Shown here piece by piece: positions 26,482 through 38,643 of a stretch of 64,000 bases of DNA (position 1 is its first letter; each line of letters begins with the position of its first letter). The DNA is from Chloropicon primus (taxonomy: Eukaryota). A program made the translations under genes and the position numbers. The DNA lies in NCBI GenBank assembly GCA_023205875.1, contig CP060759.1, positions 310,001-374,000 on the forward strand, in the 5' to 3' direction. Below the pieces are notes generated by a model. The model was not told the origin of the DNA and made no database searches. It was given only the letters and a program-made list of their open reading frames with translations.

Positions 26482-26598
26482 CCTCGTCACAGCCTAGCAG
26501 CCGGCGTCTGCACAAGCCCTTAAGCCCTCCTCCAGCAAGGCAGCCAATCAGCCAATCTTGCCGTTACGAATTCATACAAAAGATAACGCACGGCGACG

Positions 26599-28318
26599 AT
26601 GAGTTTGAGCGCGAAGAGGGGGGTGAGACGAGGAGTGCGGTTGGCCATGCCTCGGCAGGGCTCTTGGTTCTTCTGCAACGTTCTGGCGGTGGTTATCCTC
26701 CTCGCCTTCATAGGTTCGATCCTGTTCTCGTTGTCCCTGCCGCCTGCGAGAAAGGAGCCGAGGGTCCGCAGGGAGGTGCTCGAGGTGGGGAGGGCCCAAG
26801 GGAGGGGGCCAGCGGGTTCGTTTCGCGAGGATGTCGCTGCACGGGCGCGGGGCGGAGGCGAGGCCAACGACAGTGTGAGCGAGGAGAGGCGGGCTGCCGT
26901 GAGGGACGCCATGAAGCACGCTTGGCGAGGGTACAGGAAGTACGCCTTCGGGGAGGACGAGCTGGAGCCCGTCACGAAGACGAGTGTGAACGACTTTGGG
27001 CACCTCGGGGCCACGGCCATCGACGCCATCGACACGCTTTGGATCATGGGCTTGGAGGACGAGTACAAGGAGGCGAGGGAGGTGATGACGGGCTTCCGGG
27101 AGAAGATGATGGGCGCGACGCCCTTGTCCACGTTCGAGTGCACGATTCGCTTGCTTGGCGGGTTCATGAGCGTGTACTACCTGACGGGGGACAAGCTGTT
27201 TTTGGACAATGCAAGGGACCTTGGGGACAGGCTGCTGTCTGCTTACGCGAAGGGTGGCGTGGGCATGCCTTCGAACATGGTATCTCTGCAGAGCCAGGAC
27301 CTGAACCAAGAGTGGGAGGGAGTCAAGCACCACCTCGCTGAGTTTGGCACGACTCAGCTGGAGTTCTACGCTCTTTCGAGGGAGACCGGGGACATGAAGT
27401 ACGCCGAGGCTTCCGCGAAGCCATTGGTTGCGGTTCACGAGAGGAACAAGAACCACTACCTTCTCCCCGCCCATTTTTTCGGTAACGGTAACAAGGCCAG
27501 CCCCGAAGCCTACACTGTGGCGGGCTATGCGGACTCTTACTACGAGTATCTCTTGAAGGCTTGGGTGCAGGCTGGGGCCCACAGGGGCGACATGGTCCAC
27601 GACACGGGAAAGCGTTGGGAGGGGGCAATGGACGAGATGATCCAGTATTTGGTGAACAGGCGCGGGGGTGTGACCACCTTGCTAGAAGTTCAAGGCCTTT
27701 TGAACGGGGGCTTCCTTCATATGCAAATGGATCACTTGGCCTGCTTTGCGCCGGGAATGCTGGCCCTAGGAACGCACAAAGCCAAGTCATTGCTGTCCTT
27801 TGAGAAGCGACTGAAATTCATGGAGATAGCCGAGGAGCTGACAGAGACTTGCTACAAGATGTACAGCACCACCGAGACTGGTCTGGCTGGGGAAAACTAT
27901 AGAGTTTTCTTTGGTGAGGTAAGTATCCAAAACTCTTTTGGTCCTTCCATGCGACGGTAAACTGATCATTAAACTCTGCCTTGCTCCTGATAAGATCCAA
28001 GTTGCGGACAAGAAAAACATGCTGCGGCCCGAGGCCGTGGAGAGTCTCATGATCCTGTACAGAGTCACAGGAAAGAACAAGTACCGCGAGTGGGGCTGGG
28101 AAATCTTCCAAGCGATTGAGAAGCACTGCAAGGTCGAGGCGGGGTACAGTGGCGTGCGTGACGTGACCCAGGAGCCCGCGGAGCTGGACAACAAAATGCA
28201 GAGTTGGTTCTTGGCGGAAACGTTGAAGTACCTTTACCTCCTGTTCTCCCCCACGGACGTAGTGTCCCTGGACGAGTGGGTCTTGAACACCGAAGCTCAC
28301 CCCCTGATGATATGGTAG
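26599..28318 (+). CDS. Class I alpha-1,2-mannosidase (GH47), copy 2; 2 exons
   Basis: N-terminal TM helix; same GH47 motifs as copy 1; intron 27919-27994 (GT..AG) joins [17 protein letters not shown]. Confidence 0.92.
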
Positions 28319-28412
28319 CCAAACTAATGATGTAACCACTTTGTACAATACAACACCAACCACTTGGCGCTGGTACTAATATAAACTCGTACTACAATGA
28401 CGGGGAGTGAAC
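26832..28412. repeat. Right arm of the mosaic inverted repeat (partner 20371-21901)
   Basis: Near-identical blocks ~26832-27273, 27334-27426, 27529-27642 and 28016-28412. Confidence 0.92.
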
Positions 28413-28493
28413 ATTCATCATTTTTTACAAGGTACGCGGCGCGGCGCACTACTTCTGTCATCCGACGGGACGTCTTCTGTCATCTGCGCGACA

Positions 28494-30140
28494 TCAAGGT
28501 CCCGTCTTTGCCTTGACTGAATCCCACTCCTTCGTGATTCTCCTCACTTCATCATACAGACTCTCAGGAAATGCGGTTGCTCCTCGCCTACGCTCTGGTG
28601 GCAGTTTCGCCGAATTCTTAAGGTTGCGCCACTTTATTCTGAGGTCAGACGCCTTCCGGCGTTTGAATGTCTCCCCTCCAGCACTTTTAATTCCAGACCA
28701 CAATCCTGATTCCCTGTGCTTTCCATAACGGTACCATTCTTCGATCAATTCAACCAGCTTCGTGACCTCATCCAGTTTCCACCTGCTGTATTGGTCGTTC
28801 ATCCTGGAGGTTCCGGCAGACTTTCCAGTAGCCTTCCCTTTCCTTGGACGGTCCTCAAGACTTTCCATCTCGCGAATGTTCACGTCCATGCGGTGAAGCT
28901 TTTCATACTCATTCTCAAGGTCTCTTGCCTTTACGAGTTCCTTCAAGGGTATGAGCTGTACGGAGATGACGTCTCGGTCATCTATTTCGAAATCTTTCAG
29001 GGGCTTGGAGGGCTCTCTCCCCAGTAAATGTTCTCCGTAAAGGAGGGTTTGCGCGCTGGGCTGCCACCCATCCATCCATTCGCTCTTCTGCCAGATGCAA
29101 TGCCTCAACGTCGCCACTGTGCCGTTCCTCGGTACCCAAACCGGTACCGATTTCATTTTTCCTTCATGGCAGTAGAAGATGTCCACGCACATCTGATCCT
29201 TTTCATCCACTTCTATGCGCTCTCCCTTTGCATACGGATGCTTGTAGCTGTCGAACTTCTGCGCAGCAGTAGGCTCAAGTGGGTCCAATTCACAATAACG
29301 TTCGGTCTCCTCTGTATCATCAAAGCCAAACTTGTAGTTGGTAAGGTATTCCTCCGTCTCTAACTCGGGGTACCCGATAAGGAAGGTGTGGACCGTCGGG
29401 TCTTCTGGGTGAATGGTGCCCAGGTACTTCTTAATATGCCCTTTCGCAACACCGCCCCCATGCATAGTCCTGGTAACCGTGCGCTTGAGAAGCTTGTCGA
29501 AGGGCTGTGTAATCTCTCTCAAGACGTGCGCGCTGTGAAGTTTGTGGTGAATAGAGCCGTCTGGGTACCTCACTGCCACGTCGTAGAGGCCGTCGCCCTT
29601 TTCGCTTGGTTTGACCACAAATCCCTCGAATATGACCCCCCCCCTTCCTTTCTCTTTGGTAAAGTACCCGGAATAATCCTTCTGAGGATCGAGAACCCCA
29701 ACATCTTCAGCCAGAGAAAAACCCGTGTATTTCTTCTCCCCTTCCGCTGCTTTCCTCCTCCTTCGTCCGGGATTGCTGGCAATCCCAAGGATCTTCTTTT
29801 CTGGAGGCTCTTGGGACACGACAACCCTCTGGGTCTCCGCCACCTTCGCTTTCTTCTTGGCAGGAGCAGCCTTCTTGGTCCTCGCGTGGGCGGCCTTGCT
29901 GGCCGTCTTCGCCTTCGCCTTGCCCGCCGGAACCTTCCTCGTTGGCCTCGCTATGCGCCCCCTGCCTACCTCCGCTTTGACAGCCTCCTTCAGTTTCCTC
30001 ACCACTTTCTCCTTCTTGGCCACCTTCTTCCTGTTCTTCGCCGCGAGGGTCGCTCGACTCCTGAGCTTCTTCTCCCTCGCTTGAAGAGCCTTCTTCTCCT
30101 GGTACCTCTTCACGCACTCCCTCTTCGTCCTCCTCCCCAT
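28494..30140 (-). CDS. TRF-like protein: basic N-terminus, ubiquitin-like domain and C-terminal telobox-type Myb domain
   Basis: VPRNGTVATLRHCI...QTLLYGEHLL...LKDFEI (Ubl); RWKLDEVTKLV...WSGIK...FKRRKASDLRIKWRNL (telobox-like Myb); architecture resembles plant TRP/TRFL proteins. Confidence 0.65.
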   Translation of the reverse strand: MGRRTKRECVKRYQEKKALQAREKKLRSRATLAAKNRKKVAKKEKVVRKLKEAVKAEVGRGRIARPTRKVPAGKAKAKTASKAAHARTKKAAPAKKKAKVAETQRVVVSQEPPEKKILGIASNPGRRRRKAAEGEKKYTGFSLAEDVGVLDPQKDYSGYFTKEKGRGGVIFEGFVVKPSEKGDGLYDVAVRYPDGSIHHKLHSAHVLREITQPFDKLLKRTVTRTMHGGGVAKGHIKKYLGTIHPEDPTVHTFLIGYPELETEEYLTNYKFGFDDTEETERYCELDPLEPTAAQKFDSYKHPYAKGERIEVDEKDQMCVDIFYCHEGKMKSVPVWVPRNGTVATLRHCIWQKSEWMDGWQPSAQTLLYGEHLLGREPSKPLKDFEIDDRDVISVQLIPLKELVKARDLENEYEKLHRMDVNIREMESLEDRPRKGKATGKSAGTSRMNDQYSRWKLDEVTKLVELIEEWYRYGKHRESGLWSGIKSAGGETFKRRKASDLRIKWRNLKNSAKLPPERRRGATAFPESLYDEVRRITKEWDSVKAKTGP

Positions 30141-30904
30141 CTCGCCCTTGTCACCAAAACGAAACGAAACAAACGCCCAAACCGTCCAAGCTTCCTCCCT
30201 CTGCCTCTGCTCCTCCACCAAACCCTCTCTCCGCCTGTCTGCCTGTCTGCAGCGGAGTGAAGCCGCGTCGAGCCTCCGTCAAGTGATGCACCTCCTCGTC
30301 TTTCCCTCGAGACCTTCAACCCTCGCGCGAGGCGGACACGGAAGACGCCACGACCTTCGTCTGCACACCTCCTCTCCCCTCTCTCCCTCTTCCCTCTCTC
30401 CCTGTTCCGCGACAGAATCCTCCCCACTGCGTCGTTTCCTTCGTGCGAGCGCTCGTTCGAAAGAGAGAGAGAAGACGCTTCCGTCCGTCCGGACCTCCTT
30501 CTCCAAAAATCCCACCCCTATGCGTCGTTTGCTTCCACTTCTCGCCCTCTCTCCTCTGCCTCGCGCGCGTAACAGCTGTAGGATTCTTCAACGGTCTCTC
30601 TCTCTCTCTCTTCGGGGTGCGAGAGCGAAGAGGGGAACGGCGAGAATTGCGGCGCGATTGCGGAGGCATCGTCGGGAGGGTGAGGGTAAGGGAGGTGTCG
30701 GTGGAAAGCGTATCTCTCGAGCTTTCGTTTGAGTGGTCGCTTGTCGCGTTTAGTGCGGTGTGTGACGAGCGACGTCCTCTGAAGCGGTCAGAGGGCGTGG
30801 GGATGAGACCAGGAGGGGGGAGGGAGGAGGTGTCAACCCGTCAAGGTGAAGGGCGGGCGGCTTCGTCTTGAGGGATAGGGGGGGCGTGGACCAAGGTGTG
30901 TGGG

Positions 30905-31921
30905 ATGAGAGCGCGTGCGTCGAGCGGGGGGGGCTTGGGTGCGCTGGGAGGGAGGAGAGGGGGTGAGAAGGTCGGGAGGAGGGAAGGGAAGCTGATGAGG
31001 TCTGCGCACCACGTTGGGGGCGTGGGGAGGGAGGGGCGTGGCTTGGCGTCTGGAGGCTTGGACCGCGCGAGGGTGAGGTCGACGGCGGATCCGAGCACGA
31101 CGACCGCGTCCCCGTCTCCGTCGTACTCGGAGGAGGAAGCCGGAGAGAGCGGAGTCACGGAGCGGGGAGGGGAACCACCTCCATCCAGCGAGGAGGTGAA
31201 AGTTCCGCGCCACCTTGCTGTCATTATGGATGGCAACTACAGGTGGGCTCTCCAGAGAGGGAGGAGGGGCGAAGAGGGTCACGCTGCGGGGATTGACGCG
31301 CTGCGGACGCTGGTGGAGTGCTCCGTGTCCTACGGGGTTCGGGCTCTGACGGTGTACGCCTTCTCGGTCGACAACTGGAAGCGGGGGGACGGGGAGAGGA
31401 GCTTCATCTTCACCCTGTTTGAGAGGTGCTTGAACACGGAGATATCCGAGCTCCTGGCCAAGGGCGTGTGCATACGGTTCATTGGGGTCAGGACTGGTCT
31501 GCCTCACAGCCTCCGGGTCCTCATGGACAGGGCGGAGTCCCTGACGAGGGACAACACCAGCCTGCACCTGACGATAGCCATCAACTACAGCGCGCGTGCG
31601 GACATCGTGGCCGCCGCGCGGGGGATAGCCCGGGCAGTCTCGGAGAACCGGATAGGCGCCGAGGACGTCGACGAGGATTTGTTCCAGAGCCACTTGTCCA
31701 CCAGTGTCATCCCGCCGAGCTGCGGGCAGCCCGACTTGCTCTTGAGGACGAGCGGCGAGGAGAGGCTCAGCAACTTCTTGCTTTGGGAGCTCGCTTACAC
31801 CGAGCTCTGCTTCGTCAAGGTCAACTGGCCGGACTTCAACGAGGAGTCCTTCGAGAACGCGCTGCAGGAGTACTCGAAAAGGGATCGCCGGTACGGCGGC
31901 AGGACACAAGACCAGCAGTAG
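30905..31921 (+). CDS. cis-prenyltransferase (UPPS-like, homomeric type, likely organelle-targeted)
   Basis: PRHLAVIMDGNYRWA, YAFSVDNWKR, PDLLLRTSGEERLSNFLLW, C-terminal RRYGG; long G/R-rich N-extension; start uncertain. Confidence 0.9.
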   Translation: MRARASSGGGLGALGGRRGGEKVGRREGKLMRSAHHVGGVGREGRGLASGGLDRARVRSTADPSTTTASPSPSYSEEEAGESGVTERGGEPPPSSEEVKVPRHLAVIMDGNYRWALQRGRRGEEGHAAGIDALRTLVECSVSYGVRALTVYAFSVDNWKRGDGERSFIFTLFERCLNTEISELLAKGVCIRFIGVRTGLPHSLRVLMDRAESLTRDNTSLHLTIAINYSARADIVAAARGIARAVSENRIGAEDVDEDLFQSHLSTSVIPPSCGQPDLLLRTSGEERLSNFLLWELAYTELCFVKVNWPDFNEESFENALQEYSKRDRRYGGRTQDQQ

Positions 31922-32035
31922 ATGGAAAAGGAAAAAGTTCTTTGTACACTAAAGCTATACGTTTCGTTCGTTTTTCGTGACGTGTGTTCACCCAACTCTT
32001 GTGGCGTCGTTAGCTTCTGCACCCTTCGTGCGAGC

Positions 32036-33716
<1,681 letters not shown>

Positions 33717-33897
33717 TCAGTCTCTCCTCTCGTGTCGTCGACAACAGGCGACAACGTTCGTTCCAAAACTGACGCCAAACTCCCTCCGCTCTTCTTCTGT
33801 CCTTCCTCTTCGTTCCTTTGCATTTGAATTTCTGTATGAATTTCTGTAGAAATTCCATCTTAGGCCAGTTTTTGGGCGCGCGTTTCCGTTTTCACAT

Positions 33898-34238
33898 TTC
33901 CGGGGGATGTAACGCATCAACTCAAGGGAAGGAGGAGGAGGCAAGGTTGGGAGGAGGACGGGGGCTGAGTGTTCTTCGATCGACATCGACGCCTCGCCTG
34001 GTCCCTTCGGATGGTGTGGTGGGCCACGTCAAGCAAGGTTTCGTTTGGATGGCCACCGCTCTCTCCATTTCCATTCCGGGGGATGTAACGCATCAACTCG
34101 AGGGAAGGAGGAGGAGGAGGCAAGGTTGGGAGGAGGACGGGGGCTGAGTGTTCTTCGATCGACATCGACGCCTCGCCTGGTCCCTTCGGATGGTGTGGTG
34201 GGTCACGTCAAGCAAGGTTTCGTTTGGATGGCCACCGC
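33898..34238. repeat. Tandem duplication, two units with 176-179 bp period, upstream of beta-tubulin
   Basis: 33898-34059 vs 34074-34238 near-identical (a few substitutions and one GGA indel). Confidence 0.92.
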
Positions 34239-34581
34239 CCTCTTCAGAAGGGGCTCTTCTTCGAAGTGTGTGTGGTTCCTAAATGATCCTCAAGGCGGAA
34301 GGAAACTCGAGGGGGACGGGAGGTGGTGCGCCTGGACTTTCGCCAGCGCGGGCAGGAGATCGGCGAGCCAAATCGCGTGAAGGGATCCCTCCCTCAAACG
34401 AACCTGAAAAATCCGAACGAAAAGAGAGAGAGAGAGGGAGACGTCTCACAAATTCGTATAGTATACGCGCGTTACACAAGAACAACAGCCTCCTGGAAGC
34501 ACCTCCTCCCCCCTTTCATTCTTCTAACCGTTCTTCAAACGGAAAGGACTTTGCAAGTTCTCCAGGACAAGGCAAGAGTAG

Positions 34582-35715
34582 TTAGATGGCCGACTCTCCT
34601 CCCTCGGCGGCGTCGTATATCGACATGGCGTACGGGTTCTCCATTCCCTTCTGAACGATGTCCTTCAAGTCTCTTGGGGGCAGAGTCACTCCAGGCCTCT
34701 GAATCACGTCGTCAACGAGTCCGTACTCCTTGGCCTCCTCTCCACTCATGAAGTAGTCCCTGTCCGTGTCTTTGGTGATCCTATCCATGGGCTGCCCCGA
34801 GAACTCCGCGAGGTAGCCGTTCAGAGTGAGCTTGTGGTGCAAGATCTCGTTGGCTTGGATCTCTATGTCAGCCGCCTGTCCCTGGGTTCCTCCGAGAGGC
34901 TGGTGGATCATGATCCTCGAGTTGGGGAGGGCGAACCTCTTGCCCTTCTCGCCGGAAGCGAGGAGGAAGGCTCCCATACTCGCGGCCAGGCCCACGCAGC
35001 AGGTGGACACGTCAGGCCTCACGTGCCTAGGACGCGCGTGCCGAAGGTCAAAGACGGAGAGACTCGCGCGTCAGTTTCGAAGTTGCGAAGAGAACCAAGG
35101 AAGGTGGCCGCGATGCAACCTCCTCGCCGCTGCCCTTACCTCATGGTATCGAAGATGGCCATGCCAGCCGTGACACTTCCTCCCGGGGAGTTTATGTAGA
35201 GGGTGATGTCGGTCTTCGCGTCCGCAGCGTCCAAGTAAAGAAGCTGGGCGACGATAAGGTTCGCCATGTCGTCGTCCACCGCCCCCCCCATGCGGATAAT
35301 CCTCTGCTGGAACAGCTGGGAGATGACCCCTTGGAAGCGTTCCATGACAGAAGGATTCGGTGGCGCTTGCTGTGGCCCCGCCGCTTGAGGCCCGAACTCG
35401 AAGCCGGGAGCCTCCCTTCCCAAGATGGAGCTCGGCACGAAGAGCTCATCCCTCGAGGAGCTCGAGACCCTGCCCATCAGCGAAGGAGAAAGAAGAAACA
35501 CAAAAAACAAAACACGACGACGTCAGCAAACCCAAACCCAAACCCTTCAGACAAAAGAAAATGAGAGAAAGAAAGAAAAAAAGAGGCAAGAGTTCGTGCA
35601 CTGACCTCTGGTGAGTTCTCCTGTTCGCGCCCCTGACGCCCCCCGCCGCTCGCGTGGTCCACGCCGCGACCTTCCCCCTTCCCTTCACGCTCGTTGCCTT
35701 CACCCTCGTCGCCAT
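34582..35715 (-). CDS. CLPP5: Plastid Clp protease proteolytic subunit, ClpP5-type; 3 exons
   Basis: [52 protein letters not shown]; introns 35470-35605 and 35027-35139. Confidence 0.9.
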
Positions 35716-36149
35716 CTTCTGCCGCCTTCTATCCAGATCTCGCGCTCCGTGGGGGGGGAAAGGGGAAACCGATCGGAGCGGAGGGGAGCGGAGGCTTTCG
35801 GCGGGACTGGAGGCGAGGGAAGGGCGTGATAAAGGAGGGTAAAGGTGTGAAAGCGGAAGAATCGCGTCGTCAGCTTTCCAAAGAGCCCTCTCTTGAAGGA
35901 AACGGTGAGGATTGGGTCGACCTGTGGACGGTGGGAAGGGGTTGCTGGGACCAGGGGGAGGGGAAGGGCTACGAGGAGAGAGGCTTTGGGTTTGGTAACG
36001 AAGGCCTTGAGTTTGCGGCGGATTAGGGGGAAAGGAATCGGAAGCACGTCTCGAGAGCTTTCCGGTGGTACCGGCATTGGCCCATTGCGTTGGCGGAGGG
36101 GTGAGACTTGAGGGGCCGAAGGAGGGCGGTGTGTGAGTTGGAGTGTTGG

Positions 36150-38504
36150 ATGGAGGGCGAGGGCTTGGGTGCGATGAGGGGCGTGGACCCGATGGGTGCG
36201 GTGGACGCGGTCGTGGGGGCGCTCGCCATGAGGTGGGGCGTCGAAAGGGACAGGAGAGTCGTGGCATCGCACGCGAGGAGGAGGCTGTGGAACGGGGTCG
36301 GGGCGATTGTGCAGGCCGCCTGCGCGCGGGGGAACCCGGCGAGAAGAGAGCCGTCGTGGAATCCTCCCGTGTTCGGGGGACTCGAACATTTCTGCTCGGC
36401 CATTGCGGCGGGCTTGGCGGAGAGAAATTGCGCCGCCCCCATCAGGCGGAGGAGGTCTCTGCTGGCCTCGATAGGCTCGTCCATGGCGGGCAAGAAGGGG
36501 AAGGGGGTCGAGGACCAGGCCAGCGCCTCCCCCGAGGCCGGCGTGGACAGCAGCGAGACGAGCGGCGCGGAGGATTCGAGCGCGGGCGGGGCGCCTGGCG
36601 AGGCGGGTCCAGTGTCGACCAGCTCTTCGAGCCTGAAGTCGCTCGGGGATGGCCTGGCCGCCAGCAGCTCGGCGTCAGAGGAGGCGGACAAGGAGAAAGA
36701 GGCCGTGCAGGCCCAGGAAAGAATTCTCATCAGTGAGATCGACGTGAAGGGGGCGTCCGCCGAGCTGCTTCAGGTGGCCACGCAGTCCCTCGTGATGAAG
36801 CCGAACTTTGCGTATACGCTCAAGGAGGTTCAGGAGGACGTGAACCGGGTCTTCAGCACCGGTTACTTCAGCAGCTGCCATCCCGTGGCCGAGGACACCA
36901 GGGACGGCGTGAGGCTGACGATCGAGGTGAAGGAGAACCCAAAGCTGACGGGCGTCGTGGCGACCGGGGCGGACATGCTTCCCCAAAGCCTGATCGAGGA
37001 GGCCTTTGAGGACCAGTACGGGAAGACGCTGAACTTTGAGAATTTCGGCAGGGCCCTCGGCCAGCTGAACAAGTGGTACGAGGACAAGGGAATTTTCGGC
37101 CAGGTCACCGATGCCGACATGAAGGGGAACGTGGCGGAGCTGAGGATGAAGGAGGCGAGGATTTCCAGGGTGTCTCTCAAGTTCTTGAACCCGGAGACAG
37201 GGGAGCAGTGCATCGGCAAGACAAACCCGGACGTCATCATGAAGAACATAACGATAAAGCCGGGGCAGGTGTACAACGTGAGGCAAGCGAAGAGCGACAT
37301 CGACGTGGTGCATGCCATGGGCTTGTTCGACGACGTGAACATCGTGCCGCAACCGGCGGAGGACTCCATCCAGGGCTCGGACCAGCCCAAAATTGTCCTG
37401 ACCCTGAACGTCGTGGAAAGGAAGACCGGGGGGTTCAGTGCCGGAGGCGGTATCTCTGCCAGCCAAAGCAGCGACGGGCCTGTCCCTGGCTTTGTTGGCA
37501 GCTGCGCGTACTCCCAGAGGAACCTCTTTGGGCGGAATCAGAAGCTCTCGGCCTCGATCGAGATTGGCCAGGCGGACTCCTTGTTCAAGATCAACCACTC
37601 CGACCCTTGGGTCGGGGGGGACCAGCACAGGACGGGAAGGAACACGTACCTGCAGAACATGCGCACGAGCGGCAACGCGATTCACGGCAAGGCTGTGGAC
37701 GAGGTCGGGGGTGTGAGTGGGCCGGGTGTCACCCAGCTCGACGCCCTCGACGTGAGCAACTCGAGTTCCAGGTCTGGGGACCAGGGTGGCATCCTCATCG
37801 GCAGGCTCCTTGGCGGGGTGGAGTACAGCAGGCCGCTCAGCACCTCGTTGAGCGGGACTGCTGGGGTGCAGTACCAGCGGACGAGGGTGCTGGGCGAGAA
37901 CGGCCAGCCCATTGTCACGGATTACTACGGCAATCCCATCATTTTCAGCCACAAGGACTACGACGAGCTTCTCGTTGGGGTTCTCAGGAGCGTTTACAAC
38001 GGCAACAAGTCTCAGCTGGTCATGTCCATGGAGCAAGCCATTCCCGTGAGGCAGGACTTCCTCAACTTCAACAGGCTTCGCGTGCGGGCGGAGAAGACGA
38101 TCAAGGCCGGGTTCACGAGGCTCGTGGTGACGACCAAGGGAGGAATGATTCTGGGAGATTTGCCGCCCTACGAGGCCTTTTCGATCGGGGGGACGAACTC
38201 CGTGCGCGGGTACGGCGAGGGTGCCGTGGGGACCGGGAGGCACTACGTCGTGGGAAGCGGCGAGCTCCACTTCCCTCTCTTCAGCCCGCTGGAGGGGGCC
38301 CTCTTCGCCGACTACGGCAGCGACATCGATAGCGGCCCCACCGTGATGGGCGACCCGGCCGGCTGCAGGGGGAAGCCCGGGAGCGGCTACGGCTACGGCG
38401 TGGGCGTGAGAGTCGACTCGCCCGTGGGCCCACTGAGGTTGGAGTACGCCTGGAACGACAAGCGGGTCGGTAGGTTCCACTTTGGCATCGGTTACCACGG
38501 CTGA
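36150..38504 (+). CDS. OEP80: Chloroplast outer-envelope Omp85 protein OEP80/Toc75-V
   Basis: POTRA region (ERILISEI...EDVNRVFSTGYF), barrel motif AFSIGGTNSVRGYGEG, VDSPVGPLRLEYA, terminal FHFGIG; start uncertain. Confidence 0.9.
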   Translation: MEGEGLGAMRGVDPMGAVDAVVGALAMRWGVERDRRVVASHARRRLWNGVGAIVQAACARGNPARREPSWNPPVFGGLEHFCSAIAAGLAERNCAAPIRRRRSLLASIGSSMAGKKGKGVEDQASASPEAGVDSSETSGAEDSSAGGAPGEAGPVSTSSSSLKSLGDGLAASSSASEEADKEKEAVQAQERILISEIDVKGASAELLQVATQSLVMKPNFAYTLKEVQEDVNRVFSTGYFSSCHPVAEDTRDGVRLTIEVKENPKLTGVVATGADMLPQSLIEEAFEDQYGKTLNFENFGRALGQLNKWYEDKGIFGQVTDADMKGNVAELRMKEARISRVSLKFLNPETGEQCIGKTNPDVIMKNITIKPGQVYNVRQAKSDIDVVHAMGLFDDVNIVPQPAEDSIQGSDQPKIVLTLNVVERKTGGFSAGGGISASQSSDGPVPGFVGSCAYSQRNLFGRNQKLSASIEIGQADSLFKINHSDPWVGGDQHRTGRNTYLQNMRTSGNAIHGKAVDEVGGVSGPGVTQLDALDVSNSSSRSGDQGGILIGRLLGGVEYSRPLSTSLSGTAGVQYQRTRVLGENGQPIVTDYYGNPIIFSHKDYDELLVGVLRSVYNGNKSQLVMSMEQAIPVRQDFLNFNRLRVRAEKTIKAGFTRLVVTTKGGMILGDLPPYEAFSIGGTNSVRGYGEGAVGTGRHYVVGSGELHFPLFSPLEGALFADYGSDIDSGPTVMGDPAGCRGKPGSGYGYGVGVRVDSPVGPLRLEYAWNDKRVGRFHFGIGYHG

Positions 38505-38643
38505 CGGGCGACGAGAGGAGGAAGGGGAATGGAAAACTTACTACAAAACGACATATATGCACATTACATTTCACCCAGACCGCTGCTTGGTTACATAGCC
38601 CCCCCCCCCCCCCAGCTCTGCCTCTGCGGCCCCCACGCCCCTC

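Noticed and set aside
20371..28412. DNA transposon with long terminal inverted repeats
   Set aside because: The arms are mannosidase coding sequence; no transposase and no evident target-site duplication.
33901..33990. tRNA-Ala-like start (GGGGATGTA) in the tandem repeat unit
   Set aside because: No cloverleaf, proper A/B boxes or matching acceptor stem.
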